A stretch of 64,000 nt of DNA from the NCBI RefSeq assembly GCF_963921235.1, contig NC_086118.1:16308001-16372000 (forward strand), given 5' to 3'. This stretch comes from Mobula hypostoma. Lineage: Eukaryota. Positions 12,233 through 22,989 of this stretch are shown here, one piece after another (position 1 is the first letter of the stretch; each line of letters starts with the position of its first letter). The translations under genes and the position numbers were made by a program. A model generated the notes under the pieces. That model had not been told where the DNA came from. It did no database searches and saw only the letters and a program-made list of their open reading frames with translations.

Positions 12233-14345
12233 CTACCAGCCTGTCAATAAGAATACTAAATCTGATGCTCTCTCCCGCCAGTTTAGATTAGATTAGATTA
12301 TGGGGACACTCAGTCCTCGTTTATTGTCATTTAGAAATGCATGCATTGAAAAATGATACAATGTTCCTCCAGTATGTTATCACAGAAACGCAAGACAGAC
12401 CAAGACTAAAACTGACAAAAACCACATAATTATAACACATAGTTATAACAGTGCAAAGCAATACTGTAATTTGATAAGAGCAGACCATGGGCATGGTAAA
12501 AAAAAGTTTCAAAAGTCCCGATAGCCCCATCATCTCACGCAGACGGTAGAAGGGAGAAACTCTCCCTGCCATGAGCCTCCAGCGCCACAAACTTGCCGAT
12601 GCAGCACCCTGGAAGCACCCGACCACTGTCCGACTCTGAGTCCATCCGAAAACTTCGAGCCTCTGACCAGCCCTCCGACACTGAGCACCGAGCACCATCT
12701 CTGCCGAGCACTTTGACCCCGGCCCCGGACCCGGCCGCCAAGCAACAGGCAAAGCCGAGGATTCGGGGCCGTCCCCTCTGGAGATTTCGGATCACACAGT
12801 AGCAGCGGCAGCGAGGCAGGCATTTCAGAAGTTTCACCAGGTGTTCCTCCGTGCTCTCACGTCTGCCTTTATCAAATCAGAATTGTGCACGGCCTCCTAC
12901 TTGACAGATTATAGATATTCATCACCAGAGAGGCCATGCGCGCTGCATCGTTCTCCTCCTCCCAATCCCAAGTTTGACATCAAGGACAATGCCAGAGTCT
13001 ACCCTTCCTCAGTCTTGCATAGCTGTCCTGGTGACTTGTGGAATAGAAGCAAAGGTGAGAGCTGTCCAACAGTCGAATCCAGGCTCAGGTGGGGACCTCC
13101 TAACTGCCTGTTTGTTCCTGCCACTGGGAGCCCCAGAGTGTTGGAGTTGGTTCACTCTTCCCATCTGGTTGGCCATCCAGGGAGTCAACAGACCCTGGAA
13201 TTTACAAAGTGGTGATTTTGGTGGCCATTCATGTCTCAGGATGCCCATGACTTCAGCTCTGCCTGTCCCACTTGTGCCCAGAACACGATATCATGTCAGC
13301 TCTCTGTTTGTCTGCTCTGCCTGATGCCTGTGCCTCACTGCCCCTGGTCCCACCTCTCGGTGGATTTCATCACTGGCCTGCCTCTGTCAGATGGAACACT
13401 ACCATTCCAGTAGTTGTGGACCAGTTCTCCAAAGCTGCCCACTTCATTGCTCTTCTGAAGGTCCCATCGACTCATGAAACTGTTCAGCATGTGCACAGGC
13501 TGCATGGCTTCCCTCAGGTGTCTGATCTATGTCCCATTTTTAAAATGCTTTCTGTTCTCTTTTAGGAGCCACAGCCAACCTCTCATCGGGTTTCCATCCC
13601 CAGTCTAATGGCCAGACTGAAAAAGTGAATCAGGAGCTAGAGAAAACCCTGCTCTGCATTGTCTCTTCCAAACCTGTGACCTGGAGTGCCCAACTGGTCT
13701 GTGCAGGGATTGCCCACAATAACCTCCAGTGGCATGTTCCCATTTGAATTCCAGAAAGAATTCTAGACATCATTATTCCCCGACCAAGGGATTGACGAGG
13801 AAGTTCCTGCAGCTGAACAATTGGTCCAACACTACAAGCACATGTGGGTCCGGGTTTCTTAGCTGCAAACACAGAAACAATATGCTCGGTAGGCTGATTG
13901 GCTACGCCAACAGGTGAGGCCTTTCAAGCCAGGAGAGAACATTTGGCTGGCATCTAGAGACCAAGTTGGCCCTATGCTACATAGGACCATTCATGGTGGA
14001 GGAGGCTATCAACTGAGCCTCCTATAGATTGCACCTACTATCATTGATAAAAATTCAGTGTGTTCCATGTTTCCCAGCTCAAGCCATTGACTACTTCCTG
14101 CACCCCCCCCCCCCCCCGGCTCCACTCAATACCCTTCCCCACCTCGCTGCTTGGTGGATGGCTCCACGATCTATTTTGTGTTGTGCCTCCTGGCATCTTT
14201 CTGGGTGTGGGGCAGGGTATGGTATCTCATGGATTGGGAGGGGTGTGGCCCTGAGGGACATTCTTGGGTTCTAACTGAAGACATCCTGGTTAGGTTTCTC
14301 ATCCGGGATATCCAATGGGCACATATCTCTGAAGCTTGGGAGCTG
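12233..14345 (+). mobile_element. Gypsy/Ty3 chromovirus-type relic: RNase H end, integrase, chromodomain
   Basis: KNTKSDALSRQF; HSSHLVGHPG...FWWP...[80 protein letters not shown]. Confidence 0.9.
12284..12965 (-). mobile_element. Younger, CpG-rich LINE 3' UTR-like insert with (ATCTA)n tail, inside the Gypsy element
   Basis: ttagattagattagatta tail, minus-strand AATAAA just upstream of it; Gypsy frame resumes after ~12970. Confidence 0.6.
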
Positions 14346-14349
14346 TGCC

Positions 14350-14778
14350 TGTGGCGGTGGGCCTCGTCACAACCGTGGACCCTGCCGTGGAGTCTGGGTG
14401 CCCTCATAGGCGGCAGATGAGTGGGCTTGCCAATCACGTTCATGACTATGCACGTTCCAGCTAATTAGTGTCTCATGTGGTTGTATTTAACTCCCTTCCT
14501 TTCAGTCTTATCAAGTCTTGACTAAGCGCAGTGATGGCTACGCTCCCTGTGTATCTTCGACCTCATTCTGAAAATTACAGCTGGATTGACACTGTAAAGG
14601 AGTGGAATCAATTTAGTATTAAGTTACTGCAAGCTACAGTGTCAACATTAGCTCTAGTTTGAGACTTCTAGTTAATGGCCCCATTGACCGAGCATTTATT
14701 ATTTTTCCTTTTGTTCTGCACAGTTCTTATTAAGATCAGTGAAATGTTCAATCCTCTGCACTTGGGCTATATCACACA
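14350..14778 (+). repeat. Probable 3' LTR of the chromovirus relic
   Basis: Starts TGTGG just after the chromodomain, ends ...ATCACACA; TATA-like gtatttaa inside; boundaries approximate. Confidence 0.5.
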
Positions 14779-15555
14779 TCTTTGTCACTTTCCCACCTGC
14801 ATCAATATCCCACCCATGCATTACTAAACCTTGGACTATCCTCTAGCTTCTGTACTCCTTGCTGAATTGTACGGGGAGTAATCCGCTTTCTACTTCTGCT
14901 TCTCAATCTCTGATTGTTTTAAGAACTACTTGCCACATCTCAACCTCTTTTATACTCTTGGGAGTAGTACTGACACAGACCATGTCTTTTGTCTCTTCAC
15001 TTTTATCTTTCAGAGTATTTGGCAGCCGCTTCATGATTTCCCAGACTCTGCCAGCAGGAAGGCAACAAACAATGTTGAATTGTTTAGAAATGGAGATATT
15101 TGACAGGGAAAGATAAATGGCGGTGTGAGTGAGTTTTGGTCAAAATCCTACTGGAAAAAGAAACAAGTGAAGGTGAACAAGGCAAATGGATGGAGAAGGA
15201 CTTTTGATCTGAAACATCATCTCTGTTTTTTGCTTTCCACAAATGTTGCATGACCAGCTAAATTCTTCAGATTTCTAGGATCTGCAGTTTTATGGTTATT
15301 CTGGCAATATGCCATCTTGAAAATATGCCTGGCTGCCTCTTGCCTATAAAAATATCTGTAACTATTGTTGTGTGACTGTTTCCCTCCTTCTTTGTATAGC
15401 TGACCTACAGATGGCACCGTGTCTTAACTCTGGCTGTACTCCCAAAGGGAAACTTTTTCTCTTTGGCATTTAGAGGACAGGGTGTCATCAAAGGTATCCT
15501 GAACCATCGATCTCTGCTTTTTGTTCATGCAGCTAACGCTATTCCCTCTCTATCT

Positions 15556-18500
15556 GCACCACTTGAGCTTTGCAGTGCCCACCTAAACTGACTGTGCCAT
15601 TTGAGCTTTGCAGTGCCCACCTAAACTGACTCTGCCACTATGCAGTGCCCTCCTAAACTGACTGTGCCACTATGCAGTGCCCACCTAAACTGACTCTGCC
15701 ACTATGCAGTGCCCTCCTAAACTGACTCTGCCACTATGCAGTGCCCTCCTAAACTGACTGTGCCACTGTGCAGTGTCCTCCTAAACTGACTGTGCCACTA
15801 TGCAGTGCCCTCCTAAACTGACTGTGCCACTGTGCAGTGCCCACCTAAACTGACTGTGCCATTTGAGCTTTGCAGTGCCCACCTAAACTGACTGTGCCAC
15901 TATGCAGTGCCCTCCTAAACTGACTGTGCCACTGTGCAGTGTCCTCCTAAACTGACTCTGCCACTATGCAGTGCCCTCCTAAACTGACTCTGCCACTATG
16001 CAGTGCCCTCCTAAACTGACTGTGCCATTTGAGCTTTGCAGTGCCCACCTAAACTGACTGTGCCACTATGCAGTGCCCTCCTAAACTGACTGTGCCACTA
16101 TGCAGTGCCCACCTAAACTGACTGTGCCACTATGCAGTGCCCTCCTAAACTGACTGTGCCACTGTGCAGTGCCCACCTAAACTGACTGTGCCATTTGAGC
16201 TTTGCAGTGCCCACCTAAACTGACTGTGCCACTATGCAGTGCCCTCCTAAACTGACTGTGCCACTATGCAGTGCCCTCCTAAACTGACTGTGCCACTATG
16301 CAGTGCCCACCTAAACTGACTGTGCCACTATGCAGTGCCCTCCTAAACTGACTGTGCCACTGTGCAGTGCCCACCTAAACTGACTGTGCCATTTGAGCTT
16401 TGCAGTGCCCACCTAAACTGACTGTGCCACTATGCAGTGCCCTCCTAAACTGACTGTGCCACTGTGCAGTGTCCTCCTAAACTGACTCTGCCACTATGCA
16501 GTGCCCTCCTAAACTGACTGTGCCATTTGAGCTTTGCAGTGCCCACCTAAACTGACTGTGCCACTATGCAGTGCCCTCCTAAACTGACTGTGCCACTATG
16601 CAGTGCCCACCTAAACTGACTGTGCCACTATGCAGTGCCCACCTAAACTGACTGTGCCACTGTGCAGTGCCCTCCTAAACTGACTGTGCCACTATGCAGT
16701 GCCCACCTAAACTGACTGTGCCACTGTGCAGTGCCCTCCTAAACTGACTGTGCCACTGTGCAGTGCCCTCCTAAACTGACTGTGCCACTGTGCAGTGTCC
16801 TCCTAAACTGACTGTGCCACTATGCAGTGCCCACCTAAACTGACTGTGCCACTGTGCAGTGCCCTCCTAAACTGACTGTGCCACTGTGCAGTGCCCACCT
16901 AAACTGACTGTGCCACTATGCAGTGCCCTCCTAAACTGACTGTGCCACTATGCAGTGCCCACCTAAACTGACTGTGCCATTTGAGCTTTGCAGTGCCCAC
17001 CTAAACTGACTGTGCCACTATGCAGTGCCCTCCTAAACTGACTCTGCCACTGTGCAGTGTCCTCCTAAACTGACTCTGCCACTATGCAGTGCCCTCCTAA
17101 ACTGACTCTGCCACTATGCAGTGCCCTCCTAAACTGACTGTGCCATTTGAGCTTTGCAGTGCCCACCTAAACTGACTGTGCCACTATGCAGTGCCCTCCT
17201 AAACTGACTGTGCCACTATGCAGTGCCCTCCTAAACTGACTGTGCCACTATGCAGTGCCCACCTAAACTGACTCTGCCACTATGCAGTGCCCTCCTAAAC
17301 TGACTGTGCCACTGTGCAGTGCCCACCTAAACTGACTGTGCCATTTGAGCTTTGCAGTGCCCACCTAAACTGACTGTGCCACTATGCAGTGCCCTCCTAA
17401 ACTGACTGTGCCACTGTGCAGTGTCCTCCTAAACTGACTCTGCCACTATGCAGTGCCCTCCTAAACTGACTGTGCCATTTGAGCTTTGCAGTGCCCACCT
17501 AAACTGACTGTGCCACTATGCAGTGCCCTCCTAAACTGACTGTGCCACTATGCAGTGCCCTCCTAAACTGACTGTGCCACTATGCAGTGCCCACCTAAAC
17601 TGACTGTGCCACTATGCAGTGCCCTCCTAAACTGACTGTGCCACTGTGCAGTGCCCACCTAAACTGACTGTGCCATTTGAGCTTTGCAGTGCCCACCTAA
17701 ACTGACTGTGCCACTATGCAGTGCCCTCCTAAACTGACTGTGCCACTGTGCAGTGTCCTCCTAAACTGACTCTGCCACTATGCAGTGCCCTCCTAAACTG
17801 ACTGTGCCATTTGAGCTTTGCAGTGCCCACCTAAACTGACTGTGCCACTATGCAGTGCCCTCCTAAACTGACTGTGCCACTATGCAGTGCCCACCTAAAC
17901 TGACTGTGCCACTATGCAGTGCCCACCTAAACTGACTGTGCCACTGTGCAGTGCCCTCCTAAACTGACTGTGCCACTATGCAGTGCCCACCTAAACTGAC
18001 TGTGCCACTGTGCAGTGCCCTCCTAAACTGACTGTGCCACTGTGCAGTGCCCTCCTAAACTGACTGTGCCACTGTGCAGTGTCCTCCTAAACTGACTGTG
18101 CCACTATGCAGTGCCCACCTAAACTGACTGTGCCACTGTGCAGTGCCCTCCTAAACTGACTGTGCCACTGTGCAGTGCCCACCTAAACTGACTGTGCCAC
18201 TATGCAGTGCCCTCCTAAACTGACTGTGCCACTATGCAGTGCCCACCTAAACTGACTGTGCCATTTGAGCTTTGCAGTGCCCACCTAAACTGACTGTGCC
18301 ACTATGCAGTGCCCTCCTAAACTGACTCTGCCACTGTGCAGTGCCCACCTAAACTGACTGTGCCACTGTGCAGTGCCCACCTAAACTGACTGTGCCACTA
18401 TGCAGTATCCTCCTAAACTGACTCTGCCACTGTGCAGTGCCCACCTAAACTGACTGTGCCACTATGCAGTGCCCTCCTAAACTGACTGTGCCACTATGCA

Positions 18501-18694
18501 GTGCCCTCCTAAACTGACTGTGCCACTGTGCAGTGCCCTCCTAAACTGACTGTGCCACTATGCAGTGCCCACCTAAACTGACTGTGCCACTATGCAGTGC
18601 CCTCCTAAACTGACTGTGCCATTTGAGCTTTGCAGTGCCCACCTAAACTGACTGTGCCACTGTGCAGTGCCCACCTAAACTGACTGTGCCACTG
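15556..18694. repeat. Minisatellite/satellite array, 32-bp monomer CAGTGCCC(T/A)CCTAAACTGACT(G/C)TGCCACT(A/G)TG with 38-bp variant (...GCCATTTGAGCTTTG), ~95 units
   Basis: Direct reading; all spacings between 38-bp variants equal 38+32n. Confidence 0.98.
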
Positions 18695-18759
18695 TTCCAC
18701 AGAGAAGGGGCAGTGCACTACTCAGCCTATTTGAAGCAGTAAGTGAAGGTCTGCATGCA

Positions 18760-19160
18760 GGTTTCGTCCTGGTTAAGGAGGCTAAGAGTTGACTTGATAG
18801 GGGTGTGTAAGGTTATAAAAGGGATAGACAGAGTGCCAGCAAGTGCCTTTTTCCCCAGGGTGGCAATGGCTAATGGGAGAGGACATCCTTTTATGGTGAG
18901 TAGAGAAAGATTTAGAGCAGATGTGAAAGGTATCACAGAGAGTGATAATGCACTGCCGGGGATGCTGGTTGAGCTGATACATTAGGGACATTTAAGAGAT
19001 TCTTAGACACAATTATAGATGAAAGAATAACTGGAGGATTGTGGACTGTGTAGAGGGGAGGAGTTAGTCTGAACATGCAGTAGGTTTGTGGAGGTGGGTC
19101 CAATGTTGTGGGCCAAAGGGCCTGTACTGTACTGTTCTGTACTGTTCTACGTTCTATGTA
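18760..19160 (+). mobile_element. CR1 3' fragment
   Basis: RRLRVDLIGVCKVIKGIDRV...NGRGHPF; (ctgta/ctgtt)n tail. Confidence 0.8.
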
Positions 19161-20809
19161 ATTCCATCTCATAACCATCCCCAGCCCTTCAGTGCAGATG
19201 GTCCTGACTATTTGCCAGCCCTCTGCTCACTGTTACTCCTTTCACTCAACATGTGGCAGATCATTCACTATGAAATAGGCAGTATTTCCTGCCCCAGGGT
19301 TCCATTTCCCACTTCAAACACACTGGCTCAATTACATCTTCGTTCATTTTAAAGCTTCCTTCCAAAATTCCTCACTGTGCGTTTCTCCCCCCGCATGCGT
19401 CACTTTACCTGGTTACACAGATATACAGTTGTTTCTTTCAACGATGCAACCACATGAAGTGATCTGTAGTCAGCAATTAGTCAGGTTTAAATTTACAGGA
19501 TAAAAAAAAAGATTTTTTGAAATGTGATATATAAATAGCAAACACCATGTAGAGCACACCACCTGACTGATTTAGGAGGCGATTTGCTGATTTGGAAATC
19601 TGTTATACAATCCTTGGTCTGATGACTAAATGAAAGCCAATGTTCAGAAGCAGACAGACTTGAGTATCGCTTTCTTTTCTTTTCCATGATCTCAGCTTGA
19701 GCTCAGGAGCTCACCCATCTTCTTATTGTGAGGTACCAGTCATAAAAGACAAAGGAATTATGATCCATGGATGGGACTTCACTGGAGACCAAGCATCTCC
19801 TCGGTATGGAGAAATTTACATTAAAGGGGGAGAGGGGAGAGTGGAGAAGATCAATAATCCACCTCACCTTGTAACATTGTGCCCTGCATTCGCCAAATGC
19901 ATGGGATAGCGCTCAGAAACCTTGAGTTTGAACCACTGAGTTGAACAACTGAAAAAGGTTTTATACCAGTTAATGATTGTGTTGGGGGGGAGGAGGTATA
20001 TTTTAGGTGACAAAACCTGTAATATGAGATATTTTTGCATACTAATGAGCCTTTAAATGTGAGAAAAATAACTAAATAATTTATAATTTTCAGAAGTTAT
20101 ATTTAAATTGATAACAAGAAACAGGAACTATTGACCCTTTTGTGTGAACTCATATAGGAGTTTGCTCACATCTAATTTACAAGAAGTAAATTTAAATTAT
20201 TAAATTTACATTATTTACTATTTACGTTATTCCACCCTCTTCTTTGAGTTGATTAGTTCCATATTTAAGGTGTTTAATCTCCTGTGCACAGCTGTTGCTG
20301 TGGTGCGTATTAGATTTGACTTTTGATGGTCATGTTACCAGCCCAGCATTTTAAAAAGGTCTAGACAGATATTAGCCTGAGTTACTTCAAGCACTAAAGG
20401 AGAGGCACTGTGCATGTCCAGTCCGAATCTAACATTTTTGCCTGTTCATAGCACCCCTCCTCAACTGTGAATTAAACTGCTATTGGTACTCAACAGCACT
20501 TTAAATTTAAAGGACAGAATGCCCTCTGTTACAGCAACTAGTTACCGAACAAACTGTTAACTTCCTCAAGACCAGCTAAACCAACATGATGACTCATCAG
20601 GACTGTATGTTCTGAGGAGAGTGGCTCTTCACTGCTCAGCAGTGTCTCCTCTCCCTGTTGCTTACTTCTGAGTGAGGTGGGAGTCTGATAGAACTGGATT
20701 TAACTGGGCAGAACTCCATTTAACTGATGGAGCAGCTACAACAAAAGAGAGCTTCCATGGAAAAGCAGTTTGCTTGTTTGGCAAAACACCGATGACCTTA
20801 TACTCTGGG

Positions 20810-21013
20810 GCATGTTCTTCCTTTCCGTGCCTTGTGGCACATTGGATGACATCTTTGCCGTTTCCGTAGCATTTGACTGTTTTTTTACGAGGCTGAGTTA
20901 GTAGCTCAATGCTCAACCCAGCACGGATGGAAAATGTGCATGGTGCTGGCTGGATTCGAACTCAGGACGATTCTCCTTGAAGTCTAGTGCTGATGCCACT
21001 TTACCACCAGCTG
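20810..21013 (-). mobile_element. tRNA-derived SINE
   Basis: Minus strand A-box-like TGGTGGTAAAGTGG and B box GAGTTCGAATCC followed by a non-tRNA body. Confidence 0.7.
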
Positions 21014-22989
21014 ATAACGTACGGTGCAATGACAAAGATGTAACCTTCAACACACAGTCAAGGACAACAGGTATACATAAGCACTATCAATTTCAAGCTC
21101 AATTTGCAATTCATCAGTGAGGGCAGATTTCATTCTTTGATTGCTGTTGGGTCAAAATCCTGCAACTGCAAGACCTTGCTAATTACATTATAAGAATACA
21201 CAAATGTTTTGTTTATGCAGAAGTATGTGCACAGGAAGTTTTGGTAAAATGGAAGAAATAAGTGAATGCATTTATAAAAAGGTGTGATTAAGAAGGTAAA
21301 CCAGTCCCTAGTTCATCACCAACTAACCTTTGTACTGTATCTATGTTGCACCCAGCCAGCCTGGCCTTTGGGTCCAGGAGTGGGATGTGAATGTGCTGGG
21401 TGCTGGGGATCTGAATTTAGAAGTGGGATGAAGGTGAGCTGAGCACCACATTTCTTGCCCTGGAAGTAAGCCGTACACTTGGCTTTTGGGCCTGGAATGG
21501 AGCTGAAAGTGAGCTGGGTGCATTTGTGAGAAGAAATACAGTGCTTGCATGCTTTCAATTGATTGTGTATTCCATGTGTTCTTAACACTGGAAAATTAAC
21601 TAACAATATACAGAAATAATCCTGAAACTGCACCATTTCATGTAGTATGCTTAATAATTACCAATATTTAAAGCCTCTTGTAATCTATGTATACATTTTC
21701 CTTTTCAAATGCAGTAGTGCAAGGGAGACCAGCACTACTAACCACTAGAAGACACCTAAGGATGGAGAATGCACTGGGAGACTGGTTACAACATGTGATT
21801 CGAGTAAGAGGTGAGAACAAGGAAATGCTCAGATGGCCAGATATTTAGGAAACATCAGGTAGATTTGGTCCAGTACGTACAGGCCACATTCACCTGTGCT
21901 TTATTCTTTAGCACCGTCTGTAAAGCCTGGTCAGCCTTACTGTTATGCCACATTAGGGTTTGTTTGACATTCATTTATGAATCAGTTATCTTGCCAGTTG
22001 CTTTTTCTAAGAAGCCGCTCCAGAGTAGCACTGAAGCACACCTGCTCCTTCTGAAATCAGTTCAGGGAAACTCAAAATTCAGATGATAGTGGGAACTCAG
22101 ACTGGGAATGAGGAGCTAATATAAATGTTGATGGGGGCATAGAGAACCTAACTTAACAGAATTTTATCTTAGTAGGTGCAAGGGTCTAGAGAGAGAGAAG
22201 GTACCCCTCCTGTTATGTAAAACTCTTTTTTAGCCATCTGCCTAAATCTCCCTTTCAATTGCTTCATTTTGAATTGTGTAATTGGTTTCATATTGGATCT
22301 CACGGTCATCGGAGTAAATCAGCCAAGTAGCATATTGTGTGTTGTGATCATCCCCTAGTGGTCATTATGACAATACAGAAAATACATGAAAATTGCACAT
22401 ATGGTGTTCCTCACTAAGTTTCTTTTAAACCCGGGAGATCCAAAGAAAAACACATTATTTTAGTTATGGATTCTATGAATATGTCGACTTCGTTGTGTAT
22501 TAAGAATAATGTGTTATAGCGTAGAATAAAGTACAAAGTAGTATTTTAAAGCGTTTATACAAAAATGTTGTAAACAACACTGGAAATACTTAGAATTTGA
22601 GTATCACATACAAGGGAAGAAAGTAAGATTAATGCTTCACATCAATAATTATTTATCCCTCATAGTGAGGAAATATTATGCTATATTGTGAGGTGACTGA
22701 TGGGGTCAATGTCTTTATCTGCTTATCCTTCCAATAAATTCAGTGGATTTAGAGAATTATATGGCAAAGCTGCTGTACTCAGAGGAATATGGGAGGGTAT
22801 GAGTATAGGTACCTGGTAGACTATGTGTTTTGTGGGAGTTCACAGGTCTTGATCTTCAAACACCCTGTCTTCTCTCATTGGTCAAAAACTATACTGACAC
22901 ATTGAAAGTGATGGTGAATTTCATCATTAATGTCTCCCTTCAACAATGGGATGTTCCTGGGTTATGGGAACTGGTCTAGAGTTTCCTGG

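Noticed and set aside
12327..12837. Overlapping 97-141 aa ORFs in a CpG-rich patch (CpG island or gene?)
   Set aside because: Lies inside a tailed insert interrupting a Gypsy pol; GC richness explains the ORFs
15556..18694. CRISPR-like array (32-38 bp periodicity)
   Set aside because: Units are head-to-tail with no unique spacers, there are no cas genes, and the context is vertebrate TE DNA; both unit lengths are non-multiples of 3 with stops, so not a coding repeat either
20940..21013. tRNA gene
   Set aside because: No convincing cloverleaf, and it continues into a SINE body
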